A stretch of 64,000 bases of DNA from Azolla caroliniana (lineage: Eukaryota > Plantae > Polypodiophyta): positions 19,096,001 through 19,160,000 of the forward strand of contig JBHGNT010000008.1 of assembly GCA_043228905.1 (NCBI GenBank), given 5' to 3'. The position numbers and the translations under genes are program-made. Shown one piece after another: positions 58,016 to 64,000 of this stretch. Below the pieces are notes generated by a model, which did not search any database, had not been told where the DNA came from, and worked only from the letters and a program-made list of their open reading frames with translations. Positions within the stretch are counted from its first letter, which is position 1, and every line of letters starts with the position of its first letter.

Positions 58016-60599
58016 GAGCGTTTACGTTGAGCAGCCTTTGTGCCAAAGGCTGATTTTGAAGCTCTGAGCTGTTACTCCAACGATTTATTGATTGGTTGAT
58101 TGATACATTTGAAGACGTGTAATCCAATTGCAAGAGCTCTTCATTTATCATCTAATCAGATTCTCCTTTGTTATCTACAAATTGACGAGGCTGATCCAGG
58201 AGTATTGAACAATGTTGTACCTTGATGTCTAGTTTACTCATGGAAGTGAAAACGAGTAATTACTTCTTGTTTGGAATATTTCAGATTTTGTCAAGCGTTT
58301 CCATGAAGGCTATGTTTCATGGCTGTTCGCCTCTCAATGTTGTTACATTACTATGAAGTGTCATTATTATGGGCCTTCCAGCTGTGGGTTTTTAATACAT
58401 TCAGCTGTTGCAATTGAACTATCTATGTATAGTTTGAAAACATGAAGCAATTTGTTTCAATAACTTGGAAATAGTTCAATGATGTTTGGAGGTGGCCTGA
58501 GAAATCATGTTTCGCGCAGAAGATGCCCATGGCGTTAGGACTTTGATAGTATTTGGTTTCATACTTATTGTTTGTGTTTAGTTTCTTTTATGCATTCAAG
58601 GATTATACATGTAACTGCACATATGTTTTGCTTACTGTTTGTTCTCATGGTTGTGTGTATGGGTACAATCCTATTCACTTGTTTTTGTTGGAATGTTGTC
58701 CCTATCAGAGAATGGCTATCAAGGGTGTCAATAATTTTGATTAGTTAATGTTTCTCTTCTCATTGCTTATTAAAGCTGGCTAGAAAATGCGTTCCAAGAG
58801 TATTTTATGCAATCAATGTTATGCCAATGTCTTTGTTCACATGAATAGTCAATGTGAGGAAATCAATAGTCCTCTCAAAGTTTCCCTCTCTTATTCATAT
58901 TATGCAATGAAGTTGATTGTTGTAGTGAATAGTCTTGCAAACAATGGCATTTGTTTCCTTATTCGTTGGTGATATAACTGTATTTTGATTTGAAATGGAG
59001 TCTTGGTAGATTCCTATGCAATCAACTACCCAAATGTGGGAAGACTTTGTGCTATTGTGTAGTGATTGTCCTTTTCAGAGGTTTAGGTTAAGTTTGATGG
59101 TCTGCTAGCACTTTTATATATAATGATATATGTATAACTATTTGAAGCTAATGGAGTAGAGAAGCTCGAGCCTACTTCATAATTTGGTTAAAGCGTAAAT
59201 ATCGTAATTGAAAAAATAATTGTTCACCTAATTGAAGATTACAGTTAGTTACCTTGGATGGCCATGTTTCAATCTAATACATCCCTTCTTCTATAATTAT
59301 ACAATTTGTCATCCATATTGAAGAAGAAGTGCTTTCTAATTGCTTTCCCTAGACACATCATGTGGTTCTATTTTCTAAACATAAAGGTTTTATTATTTTA
59401 TAAAATACTATTGATAGTATTTATCAATCTAAGGATGCATGTTGTTGGGAATGGGGGAGGGCTACTTTTTTAGCCATCAACAATCCTTTTTATGGAGCCC
59501 TCGGTGGTTACGAATATGTCTTCTTGCACATATTTAAATAGTTGCATGAGAATTTGGGGGTTTTAGCACATACATGCAACGTAGTTTTTGAGCTACAATC
59601 AAATTAAAAGTACATATATGTATTATTAACTAGTCCTAATGTGGGCCAAGCTTTATATTTGTTGCAATTATTTGTCTTTGTAGGCAATACATAACTAAAA
59701 AATAACAACAAAGTTATTACCTAAATTGTTTGTTGTATGTCTTTCCCAGCTTGGGACTATTGCAAATGTAGAGCATGTCATTTATATCCCAATCACACAA
59801 ACCATCTTGAGCATTTATGCACATGGGTATGCTAGTAAATCATTGGTTTGTGCTCCATATATTAATGGGCTTAAGGATGGCTTAGATGACATTTAACCTT
59901 TTCAATTGTTATTGGTGCCAAGGATGAGATATTTGAATTGGATCTCAAGTTGAATTATGTTCTCGTTGTTGGAAAAACCACCAAAAAATAGCTTTTATGG
60001 CTAGCTCATATGTTTGTTGTTCTAGGGGCACTTCAAGTTATGTTTAAAGAACTACTAAAAGAGTAAACATCATGCATGATATGAGAATTAGGGAGTGGCG
60101 GAGATGAAAATTGTTGAGGGCTAAGGTAAATGATTCATCATAGTTTACACATTTTTGCTACTCATTACCAATATGTCGAATTAAAAAAGCATATATAGGA
60201 ACATGAGGGTTGGTGTTATTCAACTAGTAAAGCAAAATAGTAGTGGTAAAAAAAGTATTGGCAATGTAGACCAAACATGTAGCCCATGCTTTTGCGAAGC
60301 CAACATATCCACTACCTACCTATAAAAATTATTCATTTTTTTGTTTTCGTTGAGACCCCATGAGAGGAAAACTAATGGTCCATGGAATATGAGGGGAACA
60401 AGGAATGAAGAACAATGCTTGGTGATCAAGTAATTTGGGCTTGTATGGTGGAGGGATAGTGGTCTCATGAAGAAATGGCCTAGTCCAAACAATGGATTCC
60501 TCTAATGATCACTAGGCGGAGAAACAACTTCCAATAGCCCTTCAAACATACCCGGCCTAGAAAGTGGTCCTCTAATGATTACTAATCAAAGAAACACCA

Positions 60600-61950
60600 T
60601 GCATGAATTCTAAAATTTGATGTGGACAACGATGGGGTGTTTTTTGCACAATTGTTATTCATGTGCTTAATTATCATTTGCCCGACCTCTTACTTGTTGA
60701 GGTACTTATGAAATGTCCCTGAGTTTTTTCAAGATGAACTAAAAGACCCCTCAGTGTTGTGGACACATACATATGATTGTATTGCCATTATGTTATTATG
60801 TTGTTGGTAAGGAGCTATGAAATACCCACATGTATCTCTTTTGTATACTATTCTATCTCCATGCATAAGTTTTAGATGCTCCAAAACATTCACAACAAGT
60901 TATCTTATTGATTTTATATGTAGATGACATGATTATCTTTTCGTATGATGTTGATGGTATGCAATGTTTACTTGTACCATTAGAAGCATTTTGTCAAAGT
61001 AGTGGACTAACTATAAATGTGGATAAAACGAAAATGACGGTAATGTGAACCATCCAACCTCACTAATACCCTTTATTTACATATAAGGGAGATCATCTAC
61101 AATTTGTGTAAAGCATTATCTTGGTGTTGATGTACCCACTACAAATAAAAGGAATGTATAAGTTGACTCTTGACTTCAAGCTACTTAGAAAAGTTATTAT
61201 ATGTTGGGAAATCAATGCAACTGGCGTGATACTCATGGACGGGAAGTGACACTAATGTTATTTAATGTCAAGGTAACACAAGTTTTGCTTTGTGGAATGG
61301 AAGTGTGTGAGAGATTATCTCTATTGGTGCATGGAATGAGATTGAGAAGAAATAAAGATATTTTAAAGGAGACAATCGGGGGTTAAATCCATGGCCGCCT
61401 ATCAAGTTATGTGCTAGAAATAGTTGTTCAACAAATACAGATACATTACAAAAATCAAGAATATGTCAAATCATAGATTACCATATCTTGCTTGTAATGT
61501 TGGATGTAAAGTATATAAAAAAGAATCATGAGAGCATTTCTCATCTGGTTGGGTAGTTGACATCAAAAAATGGTTCTAAAGATGGGGCATGGAAGATCTC
61601 TTAGAGCTTTCAAGTAATGCCATGAAATATGTCGTTATTGAGGAAAGATTAATAGAACTATTAAGAAAAAAATAGAATATTACATTGCAAACATCAACTC
61701 TAAATGTTGGGTTCAATTAAAGGCAAGAACGCCTATTGATCGTATTCAACTTTATTTCATTACTAACATGAGTATTAAATCTCGTAGGTATTGACATTGC
61801 ATTATGGCATCAAAATCCATCAACTATATAAGCCATGTATGGTATTGTCTACTGCATATGTGCAAAATTTGAAAGCTATGATGACATATTAAGAGGAGGT
61901 AATGAATTGAGTGTCGCACGAAAGAGAACACCTAGAAGGTTGAGCTCATA
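60600..61950 (+). mobile_element. Highly degenerate non-LTR (RTE-like) retrotransposon fragment
   Basis: RT remnants ILYVDDMIIF (~60910), GLTINVDKTKM (~61005), YLG (~61120); many stops; boundaries approximate. Confidence 0.6.
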
Positions 61951-62639
61951 TGTGTATGCCTTATTCACACATCGAGACTTTGTGCTTCGAAGTAGGAAGG
62001 AGACACACATCAAGAAAACTTGTGTACTTTGGTTCCATGGGCCAATATTGGCCTCTCTTTTAGAAAATATCACGTCTATTCAAGGGGCTTAGGAAGAAGT
62101 ATAAATATGAGGCCTATCTACCCTCATAAGACACATTATGTTGGAATGTTGAAGTCTTGAGACGCTCTTGGTGTGGGGTGGGCTTTCGTCTTGACGATTG
62201 TGTTACCTATTCCAAGGTACTAGGCATCCCAATATCCATCAGCTATGGGACGTCAATGGTAGGCCGGTTATGTCTTTATCATAGCTTAGGGGTGGTTGTG
62301 AGGAAGAGGTTCTTCCATCCAATCTATTCACCTTTCTTTTACTTTAATGTGGTTTATTGATTAGTAATAGTCTATAGACTCTTACCACGTAGGCCCCAAC
62401 CATTGTCATCAAAATAAAAAAAAGGCTAATATCTCTTGTCACCGCAGGTGCGTCCCTTACGTCCGAGACCTTTGCTTATGCTAGAGATCTTTCGAAGACA
62501 AAAAAAAGTACAATATATGTACATCTGACTCTAGAATCTTAAATCATATTTCTACGCACGTTTTAAAAAAAAATTCAATTACAGTTTGTTGTTCTCAAAG
62601 ATGAGACAATATTTTACGACGTAATCTTTTGTTACAGGA

Positions 62640-62677
62640 CATATATACATATATGTACATATATATATATATACGCG

Positions 62678-62709
<32 letters not shown>

Positions 62710-62780
62710 CAGGACATATATACATATATGTATATGTATATGTATGTATGTATGTATATGTATGTATGTATGTATGTGTA
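62640..62780. repeat. (TA)n/(TATG)n microsatellite
   Basis: Direct inspection. Confidence 0.9.
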
Positions 62781-63403
62781 ATTGAAGCAGCCCTTTTCTT
62801 CTTCTGTGTTGGTTTCTTTGATCTACGAGAGCGATGAGAAGAGATGAGGGGTTCCGGCAGCAGTAGTAGTAAGGCTGCTTCAGAGTTTCGTCTCTTCCTG
62901 CTTCGATCGCACGCGCTTGGCCTCTATCGATCTGCACTCAGGGATGCGCGTCGAGCTCCTCAACCTTCTCGTGGTGAGTCTTAGAGAGAGAGAGAGAGAG
63001 AGAGATGAAATGTTTATGTCCATATCTTCCTCTGGAAAGCCCGAAAGAATGAACCAGGAAACCTAAGGGTGTGCATATGTGTGAGAGAGATATGCTCTTA
63101 ACATCCAAAAGAGACTAATGGCGATCTATGGGATAGGGCTGAGCCCATTTCTAGTGTTGAACTTTTGTGTTCTTATAGTATTAACATCTTCAAAAGCCCG
63201 GAAAGAATGATCCACGAGACCAAAGAATGCACATTTGAGAGAGAGATTTGATGTTATGTTAACATCCTCAAAAACCTCAAAAGAATAATCAATGAGACCA
63301 AAGAAATTAGCTGAGAGAGAGAGAGAGAGATCTGATGCCATATTGCTATATTAACATCTCCAAACAGCCTCCAAAAAATGGCCTTTGGGACCAATTAAAT
63401 TTG

Positions 63404-63406
<3 letters not shown>

Positions 63407-63460
<54 letters not shown>
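63407..63460. repeat. (GA)n microsatellite
   Basis: Direct inspection. Confidence 0.95.
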
Positions 63461-63465
<5 letters not shown>

Positions 63466-63559
63466 CGAAATTTTATTATCATCCTTGGAGGTCAAATATG
63501 ATGTATGTGACCAAAAGTGAAGCACTTTCATATAATGTGTGGAATTGAATAATGATTGT

Positions 63560-64000
63560 TGTTGTTTAAGAATTTTACTATTGAACGTTGCAATGCATAG
63601 TACACATTGTGATTGTGAGAGGAATGTATGGAAAGTGGGTTAGTTTAATAATGTGTAAAACAAATTCAAATATTTATGCTTGTAAGTGGGGATAGCACAT
63701 TCATTCAATCTATGAATGAAGGGAAACTCAAGCCTGAGATATTTGAAGCTTTCTACAGTTTCAGGGGGCTCGTTACTGTGCACAATATATGATTTATCCT
63801 TATTTTGAGTCTTTATGAACATAACCTTTTGGAGTTATTGACACTCAACTCACAATGCATGCCAAAGTTTTCTAATATGCTCATAACGTTTTGGCACTCT
63901 AAAGTATTTCCAAAAGGCACCATATCATCTGATTCTAAGAAAAGCACGATAACCACATTCCTATTGGTGGTTTCTTCAAGGTTTTGTTGCTTTACAAAGT
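63560..64000 (-). mobile_element. Degenerate non-LTR RT fragment
   Basis: Minus-strand remnants (DDMV; KTQNK...VESFKYL) parallel the fragment at 60.9-61.2 kb; runs off the window end. Confidence 0.5.

Noticed and set aside
62790-62980. Possible first exon of another gene (GC-richer, ending at a GTGAGT donor)
   Set aside because: No recognisable coding sequence or downstream exon in the window; cannot be supported.

Overview
Eukaryotic land-plant genomic DNA. GT-AG introns, plant tRNA primer sites and the retroelement families suggest a bryophyte such as a moss, but the organism is inferred. Positions 1-12.7 kb are decayed TE DNA, including a minus-strand L1-type LINE with a 19-bp TSD that is split by a Mutator-like non-autonomous element. 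Positions 12.8-47.9 kb are a nest of transposons five to six levels deep, most resolvable to the base by termini and TSDs: Copia and Gypsy solo LTRs, a degenerate Copia, a gag-only Gypsy derivative, a full Gypsy, and an intact very young Copia. At the centre is the main finding, a ~9.2-kb TIR DNA transposon (14935-29645) with a Sola1/DUF7869-like DDD transposase. It carries a divergent six-exon gene for a ~974-aa ParB-like + beta-class N4/N6 DNA methyltransferase fusion. Intron 1 of that gene holds nine phased 25-bp palindromes that build nested long hairpins. Both genes in this copy are disabled. Positions 48.9-58.0 kb hold two host genes, a bromodomain protein and a class-B DnaJ/Hsp40 with ABRE/G-box and HSE promoter elements. 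The remainder is RTE-like LINE debris and microsatellites. All family assignments come from motif recognition by eye; no database searches were run.
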